Below are positions 1 to 9,685 of a DNA stretch of 64,000 nt, piece by piece. The notes beneath the pieces are model-generated. The model saw only the letters and a program-made list of their open reading frames with translations, made no database searches and was not told where the DNA came from. This DNA comes from Amoebidium appalachense (Eukaryota; Protista; Ichthyosporea): contig CAVNZM010000002.1 in NCBI GenBank assembly GCA_963693365.1, forward strand, positions 8,033,059 through 8,097,058. The letters are read 5' to 3'. Both the position numbers and the translations under genes were made by a program. Every line of letters starts with the position of its first letter. Position 1 is the first letter of the stretch.

Positions 1-423
1 AAATTGGTGCCTGCACACGGAGCATGCCTATAGGCTGTTTAGACACCACACGTGTAGGGCGCTGCCTCTTGGCACCAACCAGAAGAGGGTAGAAATTGGT
101 GCCTGCACACGGAGCATGCCTATAGGCTGTTTAGACACCACACGTGTAGGGCGCTGCCTCTTGGCACCAACCAGAAGAGGGTAGAAATGGGTGCCTGCAC
201 ACGGAGCATGCCTATAGGCTGTTTAGACACCACACGTGTAGGGCGCTGCCTCTTGGCACCAACCAGAAGAGGGTAGAAATTGGTGCCTGCACACGGAGCA
301 TGCCTATAGGCTGTTTAGACACCACACGTGTAGGGCGCTGCCTCTTGGCACCAACCAGAAGAGGGTAGAAATTGGTGCCTGCACACGGAGCATGCCTATA
401 GGCTGTTTAGACACCACACGTGT
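1..423. repeat. 92-bp tandem repeat (satellite), about 4.6 near-identical units, probably continuing left of the window
   Basis: Unit AAATTGGTGCCTGCACACGG...AGAAGAGGGTAG restarts at 1, 93, 185, 277 and 369. One T>G variant in unit 3. No unique spacers. Confidence 0.95.
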
Positions 424-479
424 TGTGGCTTCTGCCTTTATCACCCACACACCCACACGTGCCAACATACACTATCCTC

Positions 480-1010
480 CCCGTGAGTGGCATGCCAGTC
501 CCCCCAGCCCCCCTGCCCCCCTGCTCCCCTGCTCCCCTGCCCCCCTGCTCCCCTGCCACATGCACACCCACACACTGGGTGGCCCCCCTGCCCCCCTGCC
601 TGCCGGAACCAGGCCCCCCAGTGGTGGCATTCCAACACGTGCATGCTAGAAGATCGTGCTACATGAACAAATGGTCTTAACTCAGCCATACATGGGGGAT
701 AGATAGTATCACACAACCATGGTTCCCCCACTCTCCCCAGCCTCCTGTGCACGTGTGCCTCCCCCGACCCCCAGCCTCCCCTGCACGTGTGCCCTCCCCC
801 GACCCCCTGCCTCCCCTGCACGTGTGCCCCCCCTCCTGCCGGAACCACGGCCCCCAGTGGTGGCAGTGAGTGTCCCCCCTGCCTCCCCTGCACGTGTGCC
901 CCCCCTGCCTCCCCTGCCTCCCGGAACCACGCCCCGGCGCAGTGCCAGTGAGTGCTCACGTGCCTCCCCTGCCTCCCCTGCCTCCCGGAACCACGCCCCG
1001 GCGCAGTGGC
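480..1010. repeat. Degenerate GC-rich minisatellite
   Basis: Recurrent CCCCTGC(C/T), TGCACGTGTGCC and CCGGAACCA(C/G)G..CC...CAGTG blocks at about 603, 839, 920 and 985. Confidence 0.8.
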
Positions 1011-1253
1011 AGCTATTTTTAGATATAGAGATTCCATGGCCACATGGCCAGATGGCCAGATCATTTTGCTCACCGTTTTATCCCGTTTTATCCACCTTTT
1101 TGCACACACTGAATTTGACCTGGCCATCTGGCCATCTGGGTAGAGACCGTTTTCTGTTCTGATATTGGAGAACTGTCTGATCGTGATAGCAAATGTCATT
1201 CGAAGAACAATCGGGAAACCCCGTGGTGTGACAACCAATCAGAATGAAGCAAT

Positions 1254-1425
1254 ATTGGGATATTCGGGTTGGTTGTAAGGTTTTTCGGGTCGGGCCGAAG
1301 GCCCTAACGGGCCGCAGGCCCGCTTATTGGGCCGCCAGGCCCTAGGCCGCTAGGCCTGGGGCCTGGGGCCCCGGGGACCGGGGGCCCGGCCCGGCCCGCG
1401 AGCCACCCCGGCCCGGCCCGGCCCG

Positions 1426-1462
<37 letters not shown>

Positions 1463-1508
1463 GCAGCCGGCCCGCGGGGGGGGGGGGGGGGGGGTTAGCA
1501 GCGGCTGC

Positions 1509-1545
<37 letters not shown>

Positions 1546-1719
1546 CCCGGGCCGGGCCGGGCCGGGGTGGCTCGCGGGCCGGGCCGGGCCCCCGGTCCCC
1601 GGGGCCCCAGGCCCCAGGCCTAGCGGCCTAGGGCCTGGCGGCCCAATAAGCGGGCCTGCGGCCCGTTAGGGCCTTCGGCCCGACCCGAAAAACCTTACAA
1701 CCAACCCGAATATCCCAAT
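1254..1719. mobile_element. Fold-back palindrome / MITE-like element (about 466 bp)
   Basis: ATTGGGATATTCGGGTTGGTTGTAAGG... at 1254 is the reverse complement of ...CCTTACAACCAACCCGAATATCCCAAT ending at 1719. The arms match for about 170 bp, then poly(G) faces poly(C) around a TTAGCAGCGGCTGCTAA centre. No exact TSD, so element status is inferred. Confidence 0.65.
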
Positions 1720-2280
1720 CAAATTGTGTCACAGAAATTTATGATTGGTGGAGGAGGCACCGGTGTATCTGATTGGCGCAATGACGAAGCATTGCAATTT
1801 CGGCACAACCTCTTCTTGAAAAACTCGATACAAATGCACAAAAGAACGGCAAAGAAGGTCAATAAAAAGATATGCATGTATTATAGAACGTTTACTCTTC
1901 TTTTTCTCTACGAATCGATATCTCTACCAGATATTTAACAACCGTATGCTTGTGATAGCTCGTCGCCCAGTCCGGGGTGTCACCCGTTGGGTATACATAT
2001 TGGCAATTGCTACATGCTGATTGGCTCCGGGCACAATGCATATGATTCTTTGCTTCCGGATGTTTCAAGTCCGACGTGTTTCCGTGTAGGCCTTCTCCGT
2101 TTACATTAGAAGCTGCAATAAGTTTATATTTGATATCAATATATGTCACCATTTACTGCCAAGCTGGCCCGGTCGATAAGTTCCAGGCAGTGCCTTGGCG
2201 GCATACTGTAACATAAATACGCGCGGCACTAACTAGGCCGTGGAGTGGTGACCTGGTACGTACCCGGTCTTCGAACGCGT

Positions 2281-2412
2281 TTCACATCACTCACTCGTGC
2301 TTGCCTCATGCCCCCCGTGTCCGTGGAGTGCAGGCCGTCGTGCCTGCACCCAAGGGGCTGGCCGAGGCGGGGGCCGCCAGGGGGGGTCCATGCCATGAGC
2401 CCCCCCGCACCA
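2281..2412 (-). repeat. Split direct repeat B2 (3' terminus of the YR element)
   Basis: Identical to 2803-2935 except for one C in a homopolymer. Confidence 0.95.
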
Positions 2413-2526
2413 GCCGGGGCTGGGCCCCGCCTCGACATGCTTTATTGCCGCTGCAATCGGGCTGTGAGCCAGTCACAGTCGCATACGTACACCGTCATGT
2501 ATACAGACTGAGAGGTGGGTGGGTGG

Positions 2527-2803
2527 GAGCCGCCGTGTGCTAGCCACCGAAAACGCAATCGTGCTAACAAAAACCGTACGTGCAGCACACGGCGAAAACG
2601 AAGGTGGCCTGCATCTGCAGTGTGCTGCGCCGGAAATACCGGCGCTGGTGGCGCCTGACGTCAGGCGCTGCGCCAGACCGATGTCAGCCGCCGCTGCGGC
2701 TGCGCCTGGCGCCGCGGCCCGTGACGTCATGGGCCGCCCGGCTGCCTGCGCCCGAAGTGATCCGTGAAACATCTTTCATCTGCTGCGCATATGAAACGTA
2801 CAT
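2527..2803 (-). repeat. Split direct repeat A2
   Basis: 277 bp matching 7685-7961 (offset 5158); no mismatch seen by eye. Confidence 0.95.
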
Positions 2804-2935
2804 TCACATCACTCACTCGTGCTTGCCTCATGCCCCCCGTGTCCGTGGAGTGCAGGCCGTCGTGCCTGCACCCAAGGGGCTGGCCGAGGCGGGGGCCGCC
2901 AGGGGGGGTCCATGCCATGAGCCCCCCCCGCACCA
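2803..2935 (-). repeat. Split direct repeat B1 (abuts A2 and recreates the circle junction)
   Basis: Copy of 2281-2412; begins 11 nt downstream of the YR stop codon. Confidence 0.95.
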
Positions 2936-2945
2936 CAAGGCCCCC

Positions 2946-4063
2946 CTACTGCGATGTAGGGGGTCCGCCCCAAGGTCCCGTGGCGAGGCCCTGGTGTGAC
3001 CAGACGGTGGCAATGGAGGCTTGCACGTCGCGGTGGGGCAGCCGGATGTAGACCATGAATGCGTCTGATGCCCAGCGGCCAAGGGCTTTGATGGTGGCGT
3101 CAGGTAGGCCCGCTCTCTCAGCTGCAGTGGCCCCCCCTATGCGCAGGCTGTGGCCGGCGTACCGGTCGGGGTCGTAGCCCGCATGGTGTAGAGCTGTGCG
3201 GAAACCGGCGATGAAGGTGCTCTTGAGGTAAGGGCTGCCGTCGACGCTGAACAGGGGTGCATCTGGGTGGATGCCTGCCCTGGTTGACGAGACCCCCAGG
3301 AAGAGGGCTAGATTGGCTGCTGGGCAGAAGGAAGGCTCCTCCGGGAAGGCGGGCACCCGGATGGTAACACCCTTGCCCGTGGGATCGGTCTTAGATGTCG
3401 GCAGGAAGACTGTTGCCCCAATCAGGCGGCCATCCTGCCATAGGAGCTGGACGTCGCGACGCTTGGCGTGAAGGAGGGGGTTGAACTTGGCCGCAGATTT
3501 GGACGTGAACTCGCCCGAGCGCAGGAGGCACGAGCTGCCAAGCAGCAGGGCAGCCCACAGACGCAGGGCCTCCAATGAAGAGCCCGGTTGGATGACTGGG
3601 AGGAGGGCGCGGAGGTCGGCTGGGAGGAGGGGCTCGAGCACTCGTTTGGGCCGGTGGCTGCCTTCCAGCAGCAGGAAGCGGCCAGCCCCGCGGATAAACC
3701 ACTGAAGGCTCTGCTGGCCGGAGCCCGCTGGTGGTGCCATGCCCAAGCTGCGGTGCAGGCTGTTGACGGCGGAGACGATGCTGGGCATGGTCCGGGCTTG
3801 CACCGCACGCATGGCGCACCAGGCAAGGAACAGCTGCACTTGGGCTGGGCAGGCTGGCAGGTAGCCACCATCAGGATTGCGGCAGTCCATTGCGTAGATG
3901 AAGTCGATAAACTGGCGCTGGTAGGACGAGTAGGAGGACTCCGTGCTGTCGCCCACTGACAGCCGAGTGATGGTGCGGGCCACCTCCGGGACACGGGCCA
4001 AAACCTCGGGGGTGAACCACTGGGCAAGCCTACCATGGTCGCCACCAAAGGGGAGCAAGCCAC
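2946..4063 (-). CDS. Tyrosine recombinase of the retrotransposon (5' end probably supplied by splicing)
   Basis: Catalytic set R (LLRSGE), K (SKTD), HxxR (GHSLRIGGAT), W (LGRW) and Y (FMVYIR), with an N-terminal SAM-like region (STESSYSSYQRQFIDF). The frame is open from 4088 but has no upstream ATG. A CCCTGCAG acceptor ends at 4064. Confidence 0.93.
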
Positions 4064-4750
4064 CTGCAGGGACAGAGCTGTGTGAGCATCATGCCTAGAG
4101 TCCCAGGGGGGGGGGGGGTAAAGGCAACGAGCGGGGGTGGGCGGCAGGCAAGCGGGTGCACAGGCAGGCAAACAAGGGGGGGGGGAGGGGGGGGGGGGGG
4201 GGCGTAGCTAAAGGGCAGAGGATGCATGCAGCGCTGGCAGGGAGGGCGGGGGAAGGGGAGGGGGGGGGTATGCGCGCACAAGCCGCGGTGTAGGCGTGCG
4301 TGTGTGTGCGCTAGTGTGTGGGTGTGTATGAGCATGTGTGTGTAACACCGAGGTTAAGCATGCACGATCGAAGGGGCGGGTGGAGGGGGTGGCAGGGTGG
4401 GGTTGGGGGGGTTGGGGGAGGGGAAGGAGGGGGGGGGGGGGGGGGGGGGGGGGGGCAGGACACGCCACAAGCAGTTGGCACTGCGGGCCAGCACAGAACA
4501 AAGAGGCACACCGTGTGTACACCGTAAGACCGTAATGTATTGTCCCAAACACTCCACCGGGTGAGTGAGGGAATCCGAGCGAATTCGTGTAGTGGGGGGG
4601 GGGCCGGCCCCGGCCGCCACTGCAGAACATGACTCGTGCGATATACAAAGTGGGAAGGGGGGAAGGGGGGGTGTCGGTGCCCCCCACAGCCCACACGCCA
4701 AGCCCAATACGAAGGCAAAGGAACAGGGGAGGGGGCTCGGCCCAGCCCCA

Positions 4751-6631
4751 TCACGAGAGAGGGGCAGCAAACCACCCCGCTAGCCACTCAGGCACGGGTG
4801 TTGGGACTGGTGTGTGCCACGGGTGCAGCCGGTCGAAAGTGGCCCACTGTGCTCGCGAGATGGCATCCGCAATCGAGTTTTCCACGCCAGGGATGTGCTT
4901 GGCCGAGACCAGCACCGTGTAGCGCATTTCCATCAGCGTGATGAGACGCAGCACCCGGGCAATGGCAGGGACGGGGGAGTGACGGGACGCGATCGTAGAT
5001 ACTGCACCGTCGTTATCGGTGAGCACGCGTATGTGGCTGTTGCGACAGCTGGGACCCCAACAGGCCAGGGCCACGGCAATGCCAGCCAGCTCAAACAGCA
5101 CGGAAGCCCACACATCTCCGCCAGCAATGACCGTGCGCCAATGGTCCGTCCATGCTAGGTGAAACCACGCTTGACCCCAGTAGCCACCGCATCCTATGCT
5201 GCCGGCCGCATCTGTGGTGAACATGTGATGCACGGGGGGGGTAAGCACACGTATGCCGTTCCACTCGGGGAGGAACTCCGACCACAGCACAACGTCGGCT
5301 CGTGCGTCGGCGCAGACACGAATGTGGTGGTGGGGCCCTAGGCTGGCCCTCTCAGCCTCCGCCAGCAGATGAAGCAAGCGTTGAAGAAAGGCACGGGCAC
5401 GCCCCAGCGCCACAACCTGAGCACACCACATGAGCTTGCCGCACAGGGACCGTAGGTCTCGAACAGTGGCCTTGGTGCGACCCCGCCAATCGGCTAGCAG
5501 GGCCCGGAGCTCGGTCAGCTTGACGGCAGGTAAGCGGGCCTCCATGCGCAGAGTGTCCCACTCGAGCCCAGAGTAGATGAGCGTGTGTGAGGGCAGCTGC
5601 ACTTTGTCGTCGGCAAGCGTAACACCCACCTTTGAGCACATCCACCGAAACACCAGCATGTTGAAGGCGCACTCTTGCAGCGTACGGCCGCCGAAAAAGA
5701 AGTCGTCCACAAAATGCTGTGTCTCTGTGGCGTTGAGGGCGTGGGCGAAGTGCTGCAGGGCCTGAGCTATGCGTTCCCAGAACGCTGGGCTGGACCGCAA
5801 GCCAAACGGTAGGCGGGTCTCCACATAGAACGCGCCTAGCAGCTGGAACGACAGCAGTGGCTGGTCGTCTGGGTGCACCGGGCCGTGACGAAAGGCACCC
5901 TTCACGTCGTATGCCCCGAGGAAGCAGCCCTGGCCGAGCCGAGCTACTGTTTGCATCACCGTGCGGATGGTGATGTACTCCAGCTGATCCGGGTAATCGA
6001 CCCCATCGTTGATACTGGAGCCACGCGGTAAGGAAAGGTCGTGGATGCGGCGGACGCCCGTGCCGCCCTTTTTGGGAACTGCCCCGAGGGGCGAGGATAC
6101 AAAATAAGGATAAAGGGCCACCATCTCGTCGCGGGTGAAGGGGCCCAGGATGTGGCCGCATGCCACTTCCTTCGCAATGTCGGCTGCAAGCTGCTCACGG
6201 GCCGCCAGCGCGGACGGGTGGTTTCGGCCCACCCGGGTGACCCGCTCGCCGAAGTAACCGACCGAGAAGCCCAGCTCTAAGTCGCGGAGCAGAGCCTGCT
6301 GAAACGCACTGTCGGGGTGCGGAAACAACTCAAACAAACGGCGGAAGTTGGGGACAGATACGGTCTGTGGTGGTGCCGCTGGGGGGGGCGACCATGGGCC
6401 CCGCAGGGCAACGGAGAGGGCAGGCCCAGCGCGGACGTCAGCCCCTGCCCGAAAGGGGGCTGGGCCCCCTAAGCCGGGTTGGCCCCCCCTTCCCCCGCCC
6501 CGTTGGCTGGGTTGGGAGGGCAGGCGTGTGCGCCGTGCGCCGCTGAGCCGCACTTCAGGCAGGCGTGCTTGTAGCGGCAAGGGTTGGGTCCCTTCCTGGT
6601 GCAGCCCTTGGCCGTGTTGAAGCCCCGGCAT
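4751..6631 (-). CDS. Reverse transcriptase / RNase H (DIRS/Ngaro type)
   Basis: RT motifs SPLGAVPKK, RRIHDLS, YDVKGAFRH, LPFGLRSSPAFW and HFVDDFF. RNase H motifs TDAAG, ELAGIA, TDN and HIPGVENSIADAISR. True start uncertain because the ORF overlaps gag in the -1 frame. Confidence 0.95.
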   Translation of the reverse strand: MPGLQHGQGLHQEGTQPLPLQARLPEVRLSGARRTRLPSQPSQRGGGRGGQPGLGGPAPFRAGADVRAGPALSVALRGPWSPPPAAPPQTVSVPNFRRLFELFPHPDSAFQQALLRDLELGFSVGYFGERVTRVGRNHPSALAAREQLAADIAKEVACGHILGPFTRDEMVALYPYFVSSPLGAVPKKGGTGVRRIHDLSLPRGSSINDGVDYPDQLEYITIRTVMQTVARLGQGCFLGAYDVKGAFRHGPVHPDDQPLLSFQLLGAFYVETRLPFGLRSSPAFWERIAQALQHFAHALNATETQHFVDDFFFGGRTLQECAFNMLVFRWMCSKVGVTLADDKVQLPSHTLIYSGLEWDTLRMEARLPAVKLTELRALLADWRGRTKATVRDLRSLCGKLMWCAQVVALGRARAFLQRLLHLLAEAERASLGPHHHIRVCADARADVVLWSEFLPEWNGIRVLTPPVHHMFTTDAAGSIGCGGYWGQAWFHLAWTDHWRTVIAGGDVWASVLFELAGIAVALACWGPSCRNSHIRVLTDNDGAVSTIASRHSPVPAIARVLRLITLMEMRYTVLVSAKHIPGVENSIADAISRAQWATFDRLHPWHTPVPTPVPEWLAGWFAAPLS

Positions 6632-7529
6632 ATCTCATCCGCAGCAGGGGCCGGGCTGGCGCGAGGGCTGGCTGTGGCCCCCCCAGAGGCAGGCTGCCGG
6701 GGTGTGCGGGGAGCGGTGGGTGCCTGGTGCAGGCGGGCACCAGACAGGGACACGGCCAGCTGCACAGCGTCGGGTGCGTCGAGTGGGCGGCCAGAGGCAG
6801 CGCACGACCGGCGGTGTGCATCCTCCCAGCGCATGATGGCAGCCCACTGGTACTCGGGTGCCAACTCAGTGGCCACAAACTCGGCGTGGGCCAGCAGGTC
6901 CGTGACGGGGGCGTCGGCGTTGATGCGTAGGCGTAGCAGCTGCAAGATGCAGCGCAGGTAGGTCTGCAGGTCCGGGCACAGGGCGGGCTGGCGCTGGGTG
7001 CCAGGCGTCTGCAGCACAACCGTGCCAGCAGGCAGGCCAGGCAGGGAAACCGGCTGGCGCTGCGTGTGGACAGAAGAGCCCGTGGGCGGCAGCAGGTCGA
7101 GTAAAGCGAAATGCTGCATAGGCTCGAAGATGGCAGCCCCCCGGACCTCCGGGGACAGGTGGGGGCAGGGTGGGTTCGACTGGCTGCGCTGGCTGGCCCC
7201 CCAAACGGCCAGTTGCAGGGCATTGGGCGGCGGAGGCAGCTGGTGCATGCCGCCGCCCTGAGGGTCCTCCTCACGGGGGCGCTTGTTGGCGTTGCCGGGG
7301 GGTTGCTCTACAGCATCCACGGCCCCCGCCGCAGCGGCAGGGGGCCCCGTGACAGGGGGGTTCCTACCGGTTCCGCCCCCGCCAAGGTTGACGAGGTGGG
7401 GGAAGGCGCGCAGGAGAAGATCTTGCTGGGAAGGGGGGGCCGGGCTGGCCTGCAGGGCCTGACGGGTCGCGTTGGCCACCTCAGAAGCAAACATGCGAAT
7501 GGTCGCTGCCAGCTCAGGGGTCAGGGCAA

Positions 7530-7607
<78 letters not shown>

Positions 7608-7680
7608 CGTCCTGCACAGGAGGGCGCGCCTCCTGCCCTGCCTGTGCTGCAGGGCCATTGTCTGTTGGGTCTACTTCCAT
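6469..7680 (-). CDS. Gag-like ORF1 with polyQ tract and C-terminal Cys/His zinc knuckles
   Basis: ATG at 7680 just downstream of A1 (MEVDPTD...). (CAG)24 at 7534-7605. The C-terminal CRGFNTAKGCTRKGPNPCRYKHACLKCGSAAHGAHAC is typical of DIRS/Ngaro ORF1. Confidence 0.85.
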
Positions 7681-7684
7681 ACTT

Positions 7685-7961
7685 GAGCCGCCGTGTGCTA
7701 GCCACCGAAAACGCAATCGTGCTAACAAAAACCGTACGTGCAGCACACGGCGAAAACGAAGGTGGCCTGCATCTGCAGTGTGCTGCGCCGGAAATACCGG
7801 CGCTGGTGGCGCCTGACGTCAGGCGCTGCGCCAGACCGATGTCAGCCGCCGCTGCGGCTGCGCCTGGCGCCGCGGCCCGTGACGTCATGGGCCGCCCGGC
7901 TGCCTGCGCCCGAAGTGATCCGTGAAACATCTTTCATCTGCTGCGCATATGAAACGTACAT
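7685..7961 (-). repeat. Split direct repeat A1 (5' terminus of the YR element)
   Basis: Matches 2527-2803. Confidence 0.95.
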
Positions 7962-8153
7962 CGAGTTCAACGGGTATACGTACATGTATGTACATGTCGA
8001 CGTCACGGCGGGGCGGTTCGAATTCCCGATGCCCAAAAATTATTCAACCAAGCTTGGCAAGCGTGATCCAGAAGAATGGCATTCGAGGGGGCTGGTCCAG
8101 CCTGGCCCAGCCCGGCGGGTGCGGTGGGCCGGGTGGGGTGGGATACCGATTGT

Positions 8154-8188
<35 letters not shown>

Positions 8189-9685
8189 CGACAGTGCGGA
8201 AAATGATAAGGCCGAAGGGAGAGTCGATCTTGGGTGGTTGGGTGGGGAGGGGGGAGGGGCCTGAGGTGCACGTGGGGGGAGAATTTGGGGGCCCGGGTGG
8301 GTGGAAGGCGCGGAGGGGGGCGGAGGAGGATTGGGGGGACGGAGGCCCTGGGGGGGGGGAGGGGGGTTTCGATGGGGAGGGCCCGGGGGGAGAAGGCCGA
8401 GTCAAGAGGCCTAGTGCTAGCCGTAGTAAGGGGGGGAGGTGGGGGGGGGGGGGGGGGGGGGGGGGAGGATGTTCCATAATGCATTGACTGGCAAATACAC
8501 ACACCATGAAAAACCCCACCCAGGGCCGCTAGTAATAATGTAAGTATTCAGTACCTTCCCCTTCCCCCCTGCCCTCCCCCCTCCCAATCCCACCCCCCTC
8601 ACAAAACTGTCTCTCACACACGTGTGAGAGGGATGGGGGGAGGGGGGGGGTCAAGTTGGTCCATTGGCTGTAACAGTTTTGTATGTACTCCGAGGGCCTA
8701 CGTGATAATTAATATAGAGGATAGTATCTTTGTAAAGTGAAGGCCTAGGGTTTGGTGAGCAATGGAACCCTCAAATTTCCGAAGGGAATTAGTCGTTTGG
8801 GGTTCGAATTCGGTTTCATTGTTACTAAGTTGCATGCCGCAATGATTAAGGCTAAAGGGGGCGGAGGGGGGGGGGGGGAGAGAGAGGGGGGGGGGGGAGG
8901 GGGGGGGGAGGAGAGGGTAGAAGGTGAGGGGAGAGGAAGAGGGAAGAGGGGCCCCTGAGAGTTATGGTATGATCAAGTTGTGCACGGGGGATCTGACTGT
9001 GGTGGCTATGTGACGGTAGATGCAATCTCCCGCTTGTTAGCCAGTGCGGCATAGTGAATGCAAATGATTGGATGAATGTCACACCCTGATGTTCACTGGG
9101 TTTATCAGCATCACATGGTCACCAGAGGGGGTGGCGAGGGAATGTTGGAGACTTGGTGAGTGAGATCACGTGGACTGCAAGGGGAGTTTGGAAACCACAT
9201 GGTACGTGAGCAAAAAAAAATGGCAGCCCACGTGCACGCTTCCCTTCCTCCCCTCCTCTCACTCCCCAAACCACCTCCTGCCCTACCCATCAGCCCCTTC
9301 TCTCCGGCCTTTTCTCCTTCTTCCTCTTCTTACCCCCCCCCCCCCCCCCCACTTCTCTCCCCGTTCCCTCCGACCTCTCCCCCCCCCCTCAATGATTATC
9401 GCTCTCTTGTCCCACATATTGCATGTCGTGGGCCAAGATGCCGGGGCATGGGGTACCATTTATGGTCATCACATTACCAAATATGGCAACTCAACTACAA
9501 CTTTGTATGCCAAAGGTCCATAGCATGATATGTATGTGTTTTGTCACTAGTGTCTCTGGGCCGTCCAATTGCACTCTGTCCTATAGGTAAGCTTCCCCCC
9601 CCCCCCACCCTTCTCTCCGCCCGAAAAATACACCTGACACACACTTGAAACATGCCGCAGGTGAAAATAATAGACACTAATAATC

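Larger units (their letters stand above)
2281..7961 (-). mobile_element. Ngaro-type (DIRS order) tyrosine-recombinase retrotransposon, apparently full length
   Basis: Order on the minus strand: A1 (7961-7685), gag, RT/RNase H, YR, B1 (2935-2803), A2 (2803-2527), spacer, B2 (2412-2281). This is the split-direct-repeat layout of Ngaro/PAT-type elements. No TSD, as expected for YR integration. Confidence 0.93.

Noticed and set aside
1-423. CRISPR-like array
   Set aside because: Units are contiguous 92-bp duplicates with no unique spacers, there are no cas genes, and the context is eukaryotic.
1450-1520. Telomeric repeats (GGGTTAG after poly-G; also near 24605, 27549 and 62003)
   Set aside because: Only single units, never tandem TTAGGG arrays.
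3422-7686. Long alternative-frame and antisense ORFs overlapping gag, RT and YR
   Set aside because: Expected by-products of very high GC content; no recognisable motifs.
8990-9090. Ankyrin-like peptide IHYAALANKREIA on the minus strand (and DGKTPM at about 29165 on plus)
   Set aside because: Too short, bounded by stops or lacking supporting exons.
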